Source: Gammaproteobacteria bacterium (lineage in GTDB: Bacteria > Pseudomonadota > Gammaproteobacteria > Acidiferrobacterales > SZUA-150). Taken from it: a stretch of DNA of 46,049 nt. Shown piece by piece: positions 34,776 through 42,422 of this stretch. Below the pieces are notes generated by a model. The model did no database searches, was not told the DNA's origin, and saw nothing but the letters and a program-made list of their open reading frames with translations. The translations under genes were made by a program, and so were the position numbers. The stretch spans positions 1 to 46,049 of the forward strand of contig JAOUNW010000002.1 of the NCBI GenBank assembly GCA_029880755.1. The letters run 5' to 3'. Position 1 is the first letter of the stretch. Every line of letters starts with the position of its first letter.

Positions 34776-36839
34776 CTACTGCAAAACCAAATTCTTCAAA
34801 AGAAGAATATCTGATAAATTTATAACGCCATCCGGCGCACCCGGCGGATACAGGTCACCATGTGCAAGCACCATATTGGTGACCAGTGATGTATCAAGCA
34901 AAAGACGTTTCGCAATGACGTAATCAGCAGCGTTGATCAGCCCATCCGGAGAGCCAAGCGGGGCGAGATCTCCATCAGCATAATTAAAAACAAGGGGAAT
35001 GGGGTCCGAGCTGTCTGCCAGTCCATCCAGATCAGTATCGATAGCCAGCGGATTGAGGTCTACTCCCGCAATATAGCTGGCAGCGTTGCCATCATAGGCA
35101 ACCTCATCATAATCGCTCAACCCATCACCATCCGTATCTACCAATAAGGGGTTGGTGCCTATGCTGGCCTCCAGGCTATCCTCCAGGCCATCATTATCAT
35201 CGTCGCTGTCACAGGCGTTGCCAGCCAAATCGTTATCTGTATCTATCTGATCTAGATTTGGCACCAAAACACAATTATCATTATCATGATTTACGCCATC
35301 ACGGTCTGCGTCCAGACTGATTCGACCATATCCTGTCCGGGAGTCAAACCCCACGGTAGACACGTCTTTTGCCGTATCAATCAAACCACTACGAAACTGT
35401 AAATTAGACCAACCCGGATTCTGTGATAACAAAGATGCAAGAGCTCCTGTAACATGGGGTGCTGCCGCCGACGTTCCAGCAAAACTACTAGATAAGGACG
35501 TCACTACCCGATCCGGTGCGGCAACATCCGGTTTGAGTCTTCCGTCAGTCGTGGGACCTTCCGAACTAAATCCCTCAGGGCTGTCAGTCAAATTGGTAGC
35601 CCCGACACTAAATACAGAATTGCAATCCGCTGGCTGGCTTATACTGCTGGTATATGTCTTAGTACCAAGATCCGGTCCCAGAGAAAAAAGAGTCAACCTA
35701 ACATTTGGCGTGGAACTTCTGCTTTTCTTTACAACCAGATAATAAGCACCACTAGTTGCTGGCACATAATCTAGGATCTCGTAGGGATAGCTGGATGAAG
35801 TACCATTCTGCCGTCCCGTAGAGCTGGCAACGACAACACCTCCCGCAACTGGATCCGCATCATAAAGATAAAAATCGTAATCAATATTGGTAGTCGGATA
35901 CGCATCCCAATTAAGAATAAATCGGACGGAAACTCCTACGCTTAAATTTACTACATTAAAATTATTGCCGGCAGAAAATTCATGAAACAAATTACCATCA
36001 GTATCAGAGAATGTTCCCAGCCAGTGTTTTGCCCTATGATTTCCCATGGCGTTGACCCACATGATATTTCCAGTTTCAGCATAATTGGTAACATCACAAA
36101 TTGGTCCCGTACCATCATAGAAGGCAGCGGCATACCAACCCACAGAATGATTAATTATCCGAACACCAGCTGCCAGCATGTCAGCGGTCGCCTGCTCCAT
36201 CTCCAACAGGGTTCCAATTTTAGCCAAATAGAGCTGGGCATTTGGCGCCATATCGTAAACAATCTCTGCGACATTGGTTCCGTGGCTTATGCCTCCGTTT
36301 CCAGTACCGGTGTAATCTGTAATAACTAGATTTGCGGGTAAATCTCCTGAGGCCTGCGCACCAGCCAGACCGCTAAACCCCAAGTCAATCACACCTATTT
36401 TTGCTCCCGCACCCGCATATCCCAACGCCTGCATATCACCTCCACCGGTCAGTGACACGCCCTGACTAGTTACAGCCAGCGGCTGATTTGGATAAGGAAA
36501 TCTAACGAAGACGCCGTCAGGGAGATTCTGGATAAAAGACTTGAGTTGTTTTTCCGGCAGGCTTATCTGGTGCTGTTTGCCACGACTATAGCGCTGCTGT
36601 CCATCGTGTTTTGCAATGATATTTTGTGTCGTTGAAATATTATCAGTTTCAACAATGACCGTTATGAGCTTTTTGCTCTGGGAAATCCGAGTCTTCTCCC
36701 TCTTCAGAAAACTATAAAGCTGACCGGAGACCGAGCCCGCGGCACCAGCACTAATAGATAGCAATGACGATACAATAAAAACACACCCCAGTATCGCGGC
36801 ATGTTGTTTCTGCCACTGAGCACTTTTTCGTTCCCCCAC
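34776..36839 (-). CDS. Secreted S8 (subtilisin-family) serine peptidase with C-terminal TSP3-like Ca-binding repeats and two dockerin-like repeats
   Basis: Catalytic triad contexts GVIDLGF (Asp), HGTNVAE (His) and GTSAAAPHVTG (Ser). A DxDxDxxxDxxD-rich stretch is present (DTDNDLAGNACDSDDDNDGL, DTDGDGLSDYDE). The dockerin-like pair is GDLAPLGSPDGLINAADYVIAKRLLL and GDLYPPGAPDGVINLSDILLLKNLVL. Confidence 0.85.
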   Translation of the reverse strand: MGERKSAQWQKQHAAILGCVFIVSSLLSISAGAAGSVSGQLYSFLKREKTRISQSKKLITVIVETDNISTTQNIIAKHDGQQRYSRGKQHQISLPEKQLKSFIQNLPDGVFVRFPYPNQPLAVTSQGVSLTGGGDMQALGYAGAGAKIGVIDLGFSGLAGAQASGDLPANLVITDYTGTGNGGISHGTNVAEIVYDMAPNAQLYLAKIGTLLEMEQATADMLAAGVRIINHSVGWYAAAFYDGTGPICDVTNYAETGNIMWVNAMGNHRAKHWLGTFSDTDGNLFHEFSAGNNFNVVNLSVGVSVRFILNWDAYPTTNIDYDFYLYDADPVAGGVVVASSTGRQNGTSSSYPYEILDYVPATSGAYYLVVKKSRSSTPNVRLTLFSLGPDLGTKTYTSSISQPADCNSVFSVGATNLTDSPEGFSSEGPTTDGRLKPDVAAPDRVVTSLSSSFAGTSAAAPHVTGALASLLSQNPGWSNLQFRSGLIDTAKDVSTVGFDSRTGYGRISLDADRDGVNHDNDNCVLVPNLDQIDTDNDLAGNACDSDDDNDGLEDSLEASIGTNPLLVDTDGDGLSDYDEVAYDGNAASYIAGVDLNPLAIDTDLDGLADSSDPIPLVFNYADGDLAPLGSPDGLINAADYVIAKRLLLDTSLVTNMVLAHGDLYPPGAPDGVINLSDILLLKNLVLQ

Positions 36840-36934
36840 TGAGTTATCACTCCTCCAAACCAGAGGTAATTATCTAATATTTTCGTGGTTTGTGCCAGCC
36901 CAATATTTATTTATTTTCATTATTTATCATAGAG

Positions 36935-37705
36935 TTATACGCTTGAACTACTTTGTTTTCGCCCAAATCCAACCAATCCCAGCAACCCGGAACCGAATAA
37001 CCACACGGCAGCGGGAACGGGGACGGCACTAACCATGGGGGTCAGGGTACCGCTCCACGATGGCGTTTGATTGGGAAATGGCGCAGTAAGCATCGCGGTG
37101 CCCGGTACTCCGTCACCGTCACTGTCTACCGAGAACACGTTCATAAATCCGTCAACACTGGGATCGTTGGTGATCTGAAAAACTGACAAGACCGGGATAT
37201 CGTTGTTAACAGACCAGTCAAGGAAAAGACCGGTGGCGAACTGGTTGGCATCGGTTAAGCTGAACGCGTAGTCTGCATACAGGGTCAACCCCGGGGTAAA
37301 CAGCACTGTCTTGGCGGGGTTTGGTGCGCAAGTGCCGCTGCCCGTAATCTCTTGACACCTTTCGTTGGTGCCGTCGGTATAAAACCACTGAATGGTATCA
37401 GTTTTGAAATTGAAGTTCTGAATGCCGACTACATTGGTATCGTATTGGTACATTTGCATAATATCGGCGGTCTAATGATTGCCGGCGGTAGAATGATTAG
37501 TAGTTAAAGCTCCTAATCCTGGCACAGTGGGATCCATACCGCTAAAATCAAAGCGACCGACAACTGTTGTTTGAGTCATTGCCAACACCCCGACGGCATC
37601 ATACCAATCTACCGTCCCGGAAAAATTCCACAGGTGAGACGAGGCCTGGGTAACACCCGTGCCCAATGACAGTGCGATGGCGCCGGCGATAAGGGATATT
37701 TTCAT
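36935..37705 (-). pseudogene. VPLPA-CTERM paralog interrupted by a single in-frame TAG (split into the listed ORFs 37472..37705 and 36935..37459)
   Basis: The minus strand reads ...ACC GCC GGC AAT CAT TAG ACC GCC GAT ATT ATG CAA ATG TAC... = TAGNH*TADIMQMYQYD. The intact paralog has FHWTADVVQMYGYD at the same place, so TGG (Trp) has become TAG at 37472-37474. Both halves otherwise align end to end. Confidence 0.8.
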
Positions 37706-37778
37706 GGCTAACTCCTCGTGGAATACGTTATCTTTTATTTGTCTCGTTTTTGGTTGTGCCGGGTTTTTTCAGTCCAAG

Positions 37779-38558
37779 CTACGCTGTCATCTTCTTACGA
37801 GCAGCAACACCCACCAACCCCAGCAAACCGGAACCGAACAGCCATACCGCTGCCGGGAGAGGGACGGCCGAAAGAGTCCCGCTAAAGGCCGCTGTTTGAC
37901 CTGGAAATAGGTCAGTCAACATGGCGGCGCCTGGAGTGCCATCTAAATCGGTATCTACCGCAAAGACATTAATCGATCCATCAGGATTAATGCCTGTTGC
38001 CTCCATTACCCATAATATAGGCATATCCAAATTTACAGACCAATCCCAAAACGTGCCCAATCCAATCTGATTTTCGTTTGCCAGGGAGAAAGCATAATTT
38101 GCTACCACTTGTTCTTGGGAGAAACTTGTTCCACCCGGCGCAATGCAGGTATTGTTACCGGTCACTTCCCGACATTGGCCAATCTTATTTAAAGATCCGT
38201 CGTAATAGTTCCAATTGTTGACCTCAAAATCAAAATTTTGCTCCCCGCCAACACCGGTGTCATAACGATACATCGCAACAGTATCTATCACCCAAGGATA
38301 TCCCGCGAATGGCCGACCTGACTGAAGATATCCGGTCTCGTTGGCAAAATCGAAAGCCCCGGTAACGCCGTTGTCCACATAACTTGGTAGCAAGGTTCCT
38401 GACGAGTCATACCACTCCATGGTTCCGCTGAAATCATAATTGATGTTCTGGATCAAGGCAGCGCTGGCATGCGACATTACGCCTGACATTGCAATCCCCA
38501 ACGTAAGTACAGCGCCCGATTTTCCAGGGCCTTTTTTAATCTTTCTGAATTTTTCCAT
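37779..38558 (-). CDS. Secreted paralog (259 aa) with VPLPA-type PEP-CTERM-like sorting signal
   Basis: Signal peptide, shared family motifs, and C-terminal VPLPAAVWLFGSGLLGLVGVAARKK. AGGAGG SD. Confidence 0.8.
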   Translation of the reverse strand: MEKFRKIKKGPGKSGAVLTLGIAMSGVMSHASAALIQNINYDFSGTMEWYDSSGTLLPSYVDNGVTGAFDFANETGYLQSGRPFAGYPWVIDTVAMYRYDTGVGGEQNFDFEVNNWNYYDGSLNKIGQCREVTGNNTCIAPGGTSFSQEQVVANYAFSLANENQIGLGTFWDWSVNLDMPILWVMEATGINPDGSINVFAVDTDLDGTPGAAMLTDLFPGQTAAFSGTLSAVPLPAAVWLFGSGLLGLVGVAARKKMTA

Positions 38559-38773
38559 CTTCCGTTTCCTCCTGACAATACTAATTTTCTAACGACTCAA
38601 ATTTCGTTCTCCGCCAAAATCCTATGCCAAATTATTATTTTTATAATCATGTGCCATGCCAACGCGCATGGCATCAGCACAGTCGGCCATGCTGTAGCAT
38701 AGTAAACGCTGAATATATTCTTTAACTGCGAACGCCTGCTTGTGTTAATACTGTCTGAATCTTTGAAATCCGG

Positions 38774-39502
38774 CTAAGGGCATTTATTGTTTGTTCTATT
38801 TGCCTGAAACCACTTCGCCTCTTCCCGCCGGTTACCGTCCTGTGTCTGCAAAGTCCCATTGAATGCCGGTTGCTGCCCGGGAAAAGGTCCCGATAACAAC
38901 TGCGCACCGGGAATACCATCACCGTCTGAATCGAGTGTTTCTACTTGTACAAATCCGTCGGCGGTCGGATTATTAACCACTTCCATTACAACTAACATTG
39001 GTATATCCAGACTCCAGAACCAATCCACAAAGAAACCCATCGCGAATTGGTTTGGGTTATTCAAAGAAAAAGAATAAACCGGATGGCTGACGATCTGCGT
39101 ATAAATCGTATCCGATGGCGCAATACAGGTTCCGCTTCCTGTGATCTCTGTGCATCTTTTTCGGAAAGCGCTATTATTAAAATAGATGTATTCCGTCACA
39201 TCAAACACATACGTTTGATTACCACCTGTTTCAACATCGTAGAAAAAATATTGCACTACATCCGCTGTCCACAGGCTATTAAAGAGAGGCTGAGTAGTGC
39301 TTAATTGTCCCATTTGCTGTGATGTTACTTCTGAACCACAAAAATCCAGGTAACCGGACACGTTATTATCCACTACCCGCAGCGTTCCACCCGCATCGAC
39401 AAAATTCATGGTTCCGTCGAACTGCCAAAGTATGCCACTGTTGTCGCCTTGAGCCGCTCCGCCAAACATGAGAAAAAATACTATTGATACCAATTTTTTC
39501 AC
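38774..39502 (-). CDS. Secreted paralog (242 aa) lacking the C-terminal sorting signal
   Basis: Same family through ...FPGQQPAFNGTL. It then ends QTQDGNRREEAKWFQANRTNNKCP instead of VP(L/V)PAAVWLFGSG.... GTG start with a GGAG SD. Confidence 0.75.
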   Translation of the reverse strand: MKKLVSIVFFLMFGGAAQGDNSGILWQFDGTMNFVDAGGTLRVVDNNVSGYLDFCGSEVTSQQMGQLSTTQPLFNSLWTADVVQYFFYDVETGGNQTYVFDVTEYIYFNNSAFRKRCTEITGSGTCIAPSDTIYTQIVSHPVYSFSLNNPNQFAMGFFVDWFWSLDIPMLVVMEVVNNPTADGFVQVETLDSDGDGIPGAQLLSGPFPGQQPAFNGTLQTQDGNRREEAKWFQANRTNNKCP

Positions 39503-39551
39503 CCCACTTACTCCTCTAATATTTTTAGTCGAACGGATATCACCTGCGATT

Positions 39552-39592
39552 TTATAAATAAAAAAGCGCCCATTCCAAAAGGCGCTTTTTTA
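39552..39592 (-). terminator. Rho-independent terminator (bidirectional shape)
   Basis: AGCGCC (39565-39570) pairs with GGCGCT (39581-39586), with A/T runs on both sides. The minus strand gives the stem followed by TTTTTTATTTAT. Confidence 0.75.
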
Positions 39593-39628
39593 CATAACAA
39601 TGGCATCCCGGCCTTTACATAACTTTTC

Positions 39629-40900
39629 CTATTTCATTTTTCGTGTACGACGGCCAAAACCAACCAAGCCAATCAAACCAGAACCGAACAACCATACTGC
39701 CGCTGGCACCGGCACCACTGCATAAGGATCCGGACCATATAAAGACTCATCGAAATAATCTATGATTCGCTCAGCATCAGCCCTCAAGATAAATGCGTAC
39801 CCGCTGTAGGCATGGCCTTGAAGTGCATAGCCTGGTGTACCATAAAAACAGTCTGAGATATTATCTCTCAGTTCAGCATACCGTTTCACTCCAGGCCCAC
39901 GTTCGCCTGCCTGCCATTCCGCAGTTTCCACTAAGCAATCTGTGCCAACAGGAACTACTCCGGCACCATGGAAAGAAACCAGGTTATGGTACGCCTCATC
40001 AACCGGAGCACCTGTAACAGTAGCATTATTGCTGGTAGGATCAGTGTTGTTTACCACCGCACGACTGCTAAATTGCTGCGTATCACTACCAACCGTCACA
40101 TCGACGGTAATATCGCCATAACTTCGCATCTGAAAATCTCTTACAACCTCCGTGCTTGAGTAGGTGTAACTCACCGCGCCAGTAGTTGAATTGACTACTT
40201 GAAAGTAAACATCAAAAGCAAAATCAAACCCTACCTGACCTGCCATCGCTTCCAATGCATTCGGGTGTGATGCCATTACCGACCCACACCAACCTGTGGC
40301 ATCTGATAACGCGTAAGGCTGGAATGCCAAACCCGTTAAATGAGTACCTTCCGGCAAGCCTGTTACAGCGCCAAGGGAGCTATAATCAAAGAAACTATAA
40401 AATGCGAAATTCATATCATTTTGTCCAACAAGATAATCACCGTCATAATCGATTCTCATGTTGTTAAACTGCGATCCCGCATCAGAGGTATACCCCCATT
40501 TGTAAAAATTAACTGCTGAATCCATGCTGGCATCCGAAAATGTCCCTACATGCCCCGCAGGCGCACCAAAATCTGATTCAATCTGGCTTGGTCCATCCGG
40601 GGTTAATCCATCTGGGCCAAGGGTAATAACATGCTGGATTTGTCCTATCCCACCGGTGGGATCCAGGGCATTACCCTCCGCCAAGCCACCAAAACCATTT
40701 ATCGGGGCAAAATCCATTGCTGTCCGGCCTCCCGGTCCCGTATAACCCCAATCGTCAAAAGTTACAGTTCCCGTAGCATTATATCCCGCCATATCTATCG
40801 TTTGTGTAAAGATTGTCGCATAAGATGTCCCTGCGCTACCCGCCATAACGGCTGCGCCAAGCGCCATCCACAGGCATTTATCTAGTTGTTTATTGTTCAC
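39629..40900 (-). CDS. Larger secreted protein (about 423 aa) with VPLPA-type sorting signal, unrelated N-terminal domain
   Basis: It ends VVPVPAAVWLFGSGLIGLVGFGRRTRKMK. I prefer the GTG at 40900 (MNNKQLDKCLWMALGAAVMAGSAGTSYA signal peptide), which lies 10 nt after GGGAGG (40911-40916). The listed ORF extends to 41023. Confidence 0.7.
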   Translation of the reverse strand: MNNKQLDKCLWMALGAAVMAGSAGTSYATIFTQTIDMAGYNATGTVTFDDWGYTGPGGRTAMDFAPINGFGGLAEGNALDPTGGIGQIQHVITLGPDGLTPDGPSQIESDFGAPAGHVGTFSDASMDSAVNFYKWGYTSDAGSQFNNMRIDYDGDYLVGQNDMNFAFYSFFDYSSLGAVTGLPEGTHLTGLAFQPYALSDATGWCGSVMASHPNALEAMAGQVGFDFAFDVYFQVVNSTTGAVSYTYSSTEVVRDFQMRSYGDITVDVTVGSDTQQFSSRAVVNNTDPTSNNATVTGAPVDEAYHNLVSFHGAGVVPVGTDCLVETAEWQAGERGPGVKRYAELRDNISDCFYGTPGYALQGHAYSGYAFILRADAERIIDYFDESLYGPDPYAVVPVPAAVWLFGSGLIGLVGFGRRTRKMK

Positions 40901-41007
40901 TTTGATTAATCCTCCCAGTATCATTTTGCACCATATACGCTGCAGTATGCGCAATCTTCGTCGTGCTTCTAATCGCGTACATGCCTTGACCCTAACCAAT
41001 AAATATA

Positions 41008-41043
41008 TAAAGAAAAAAGGCAAGCCAGAAATCTGAGCTTGCC
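41008..41043 (-). terminator. Rho-independent terminator after the first paralog
   Basis: GGCAAGC (41019-41025) pairs with GCTTGCC (41037-41043). On the minus strand the stem is followed by TTTTTTCTTTAT. Confidence 0.7.
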
Positions 41044-41134
41044 TTTTTCTTTAAAAATGAGTTCCCAATGAGACGGAGACAAGTGGCTTATGCCAGAACT
41101 CCCCATGACCACCAGGACTCATTCACCTGCTTCC

Positions 41135-41866
41135 TTAGGCAACGCTCTTCTTGCGACGAGCAACACCTACCAGGCCCAGCAAACCTGAACCAAACAACCA
41201 TACGGCTGCGGGAACAGGTACCGGTGTCAGGGTGCCGTTGAAAGAAGGCTGCTGATCCGGGAAAGGAGATGTCAACATGGCTGTACCCAGAATACCGTCG
41301 CCATCGCTGTCTACAGATACCGTAGTCATCACGCCAGAAGGAGAGACGCTGGTGATCTGCTGAACAGACAATACAGGGATATCCTGGTTGGTTGACCAGT
41401 CAAAGAATGTACCGGCAGCAAACTGGCCAGCATTGGTCAGGCTGAACGCATAGTCTGCGTACAGACTCAAGCCAGGGGTGAACAATACAGTTTTGCCAGG
41501 ATTTGGTGCGCAAGTGCCACTACCGGTAACTTCGTGACAAGTCTCATTGGTGCCGTCTGTATAGAACCATTGAATGGAATCGGTCTTGAAATTGAAGTTC
41601 TGTACTCCACCAACATTGGTGTCATATCCATACATCTGCACTACATCAGCAGTCCAATGAAAACCGTTAAATGTGTTGCCAGAAGTAAAAGAACCTGTGC
41701 CGCCCGGTAAATCGAACGCGCCAACTACAGCTGGGTCAACAAACGCCAAAGTACCGCTGGCATCATAGAACTCCATGGTGCCTGCATAGGTATGGGTTGT
41801 AGCAGCTTGTGCAGCACCGACACCCATGGCCATAACAACGGCGGTCGCTAATACTGATTTCTTCAT
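41135..41866 (-). CDS. Secreted paralog (243 aa) with VPLPA-type PEP-CTERM-like sorting signal; promoter-proximal copy
   Basis: Signal peptide MKKSVLATAVVMAMGVGAAQA, family motifs, and C-terminal VPVPAAVWLFGSGLLGLVGVARRKK. GGAGGAG SD. Confidence 0.8.
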   Translation of the reverse strand: MKKSVLATAVVMAMGVGAAQAATTHTYAGTMEFYDASGTLAFVDPAVVGAFDLPGGTGSFTSGNTFNGFHWTADVVQMYGYDTNVGGVQNFNFKTDSIQWFYTDGTNETCHEVTGSGTCAPNPGKTVLFTPGLSLYADYAFSLTNAGQFAAGTFFDWSTNQDIPVLSVQQITSVSPSGVMTTVSVDSDGDGILGTAMLTSPFPDQQPSFNGTLTPVPVPAAVWLFGSGLLGLVGVARRKKSVA

Positions 41867-41972
41867 TATTAAACTCCTCCAGAAAAGTTAATTACAGTGC
41901 ACAAATACAGAAACTCCTTACTAAAACCGCTAGCCTTTCCAGAAAGACTGCACTTGTGCGCCATACCTGGAA

Positions 41973-41988
41973 AGCAATCCATGTGCCA
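41973..41988 (-). promoter_or_regulatory. Sigma-54 (-24/-12) promoter upstream of the paralog array
   Basis: The minus strand reads TTGGCACATGGATTGCTTT, that is TGGCAC-N5-TTGCT, matching the consensus TGGCAC-N5-TTGCW with exact spacing. It lies about 107 nt upstream of the ATG at 41866. Confidence 0.65.
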
Positions 41989-42422
41989 ATTTTATTTATT
42001 TCTTATATAACAATTAGTTAACTCACTTTGAAGGCGACTCTAATAGCGATCCTGACCTAAAGCGTAAAATTATCCGACAATCATATAACGGACTACTGCG
42101 CATAAATTCACGTGCTAACCTCTTTAATAACAACACTTTAAAGTGGCTATTTGCAGTAAAACTCCATCTTATTGAGAGGGTTTTTATACGCCACTTGAAT
42201 TTCACTATATGTGCGATTTACGACTCTACAGTGCAATAATTACTTGTAATTCAGATAGTTAATGCACTTTAAAAATGTTAAAAAAGCCGACACAGAGGGA
42301 TGGGTTAAGATGAACAACATGTATATGTGCGTTCCTGTTCGCAACACATAATCCATTAAAATCAGGCAATCTCGCCCAGCAACAATTTTAGCTAGCTTAG
42401 CATTTCTAAAGTTCGTCAGCTG

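Noticed and set aside
36881-36898. Second sigma-54-like element upstream of the S8 protease gene (minus strand TGGCAC-AAACC-ACGA)
   Set aside because: The -24 half is perfect, but the invariant -12 GC is missing at the required spacing. It is probably a chance match.
38652-38673. 8-bp hairpin TGCCATGC-CAACGC-GCATGGCA between two paralogs
   Set aside because: No U-tract follows on the transcribed (minus) strand, so it cannot be called a terminator. Its function is undetermined, and it may be a chance palindrome rich in ATGGCA/TGCCAT.
36935-41866. Idea that the paralog family are sulfur-globule envelope proteins (Sgp), because they lie near dsr
   Set aside because: Known Sgp proteins are small, Gly/Tyr-rich repetitive periplasmic proteins without C-terminal sorting tails. 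These paralogs show none of that composition. Proximity alone is not evidence.
42023-42205. 60-aa minus-strand ORF in the region upstream of the sigma-54 promoter
   Set aside because: It is AT-rich, has no SD and has an odd composition. It lies where enhancer sites are expected.
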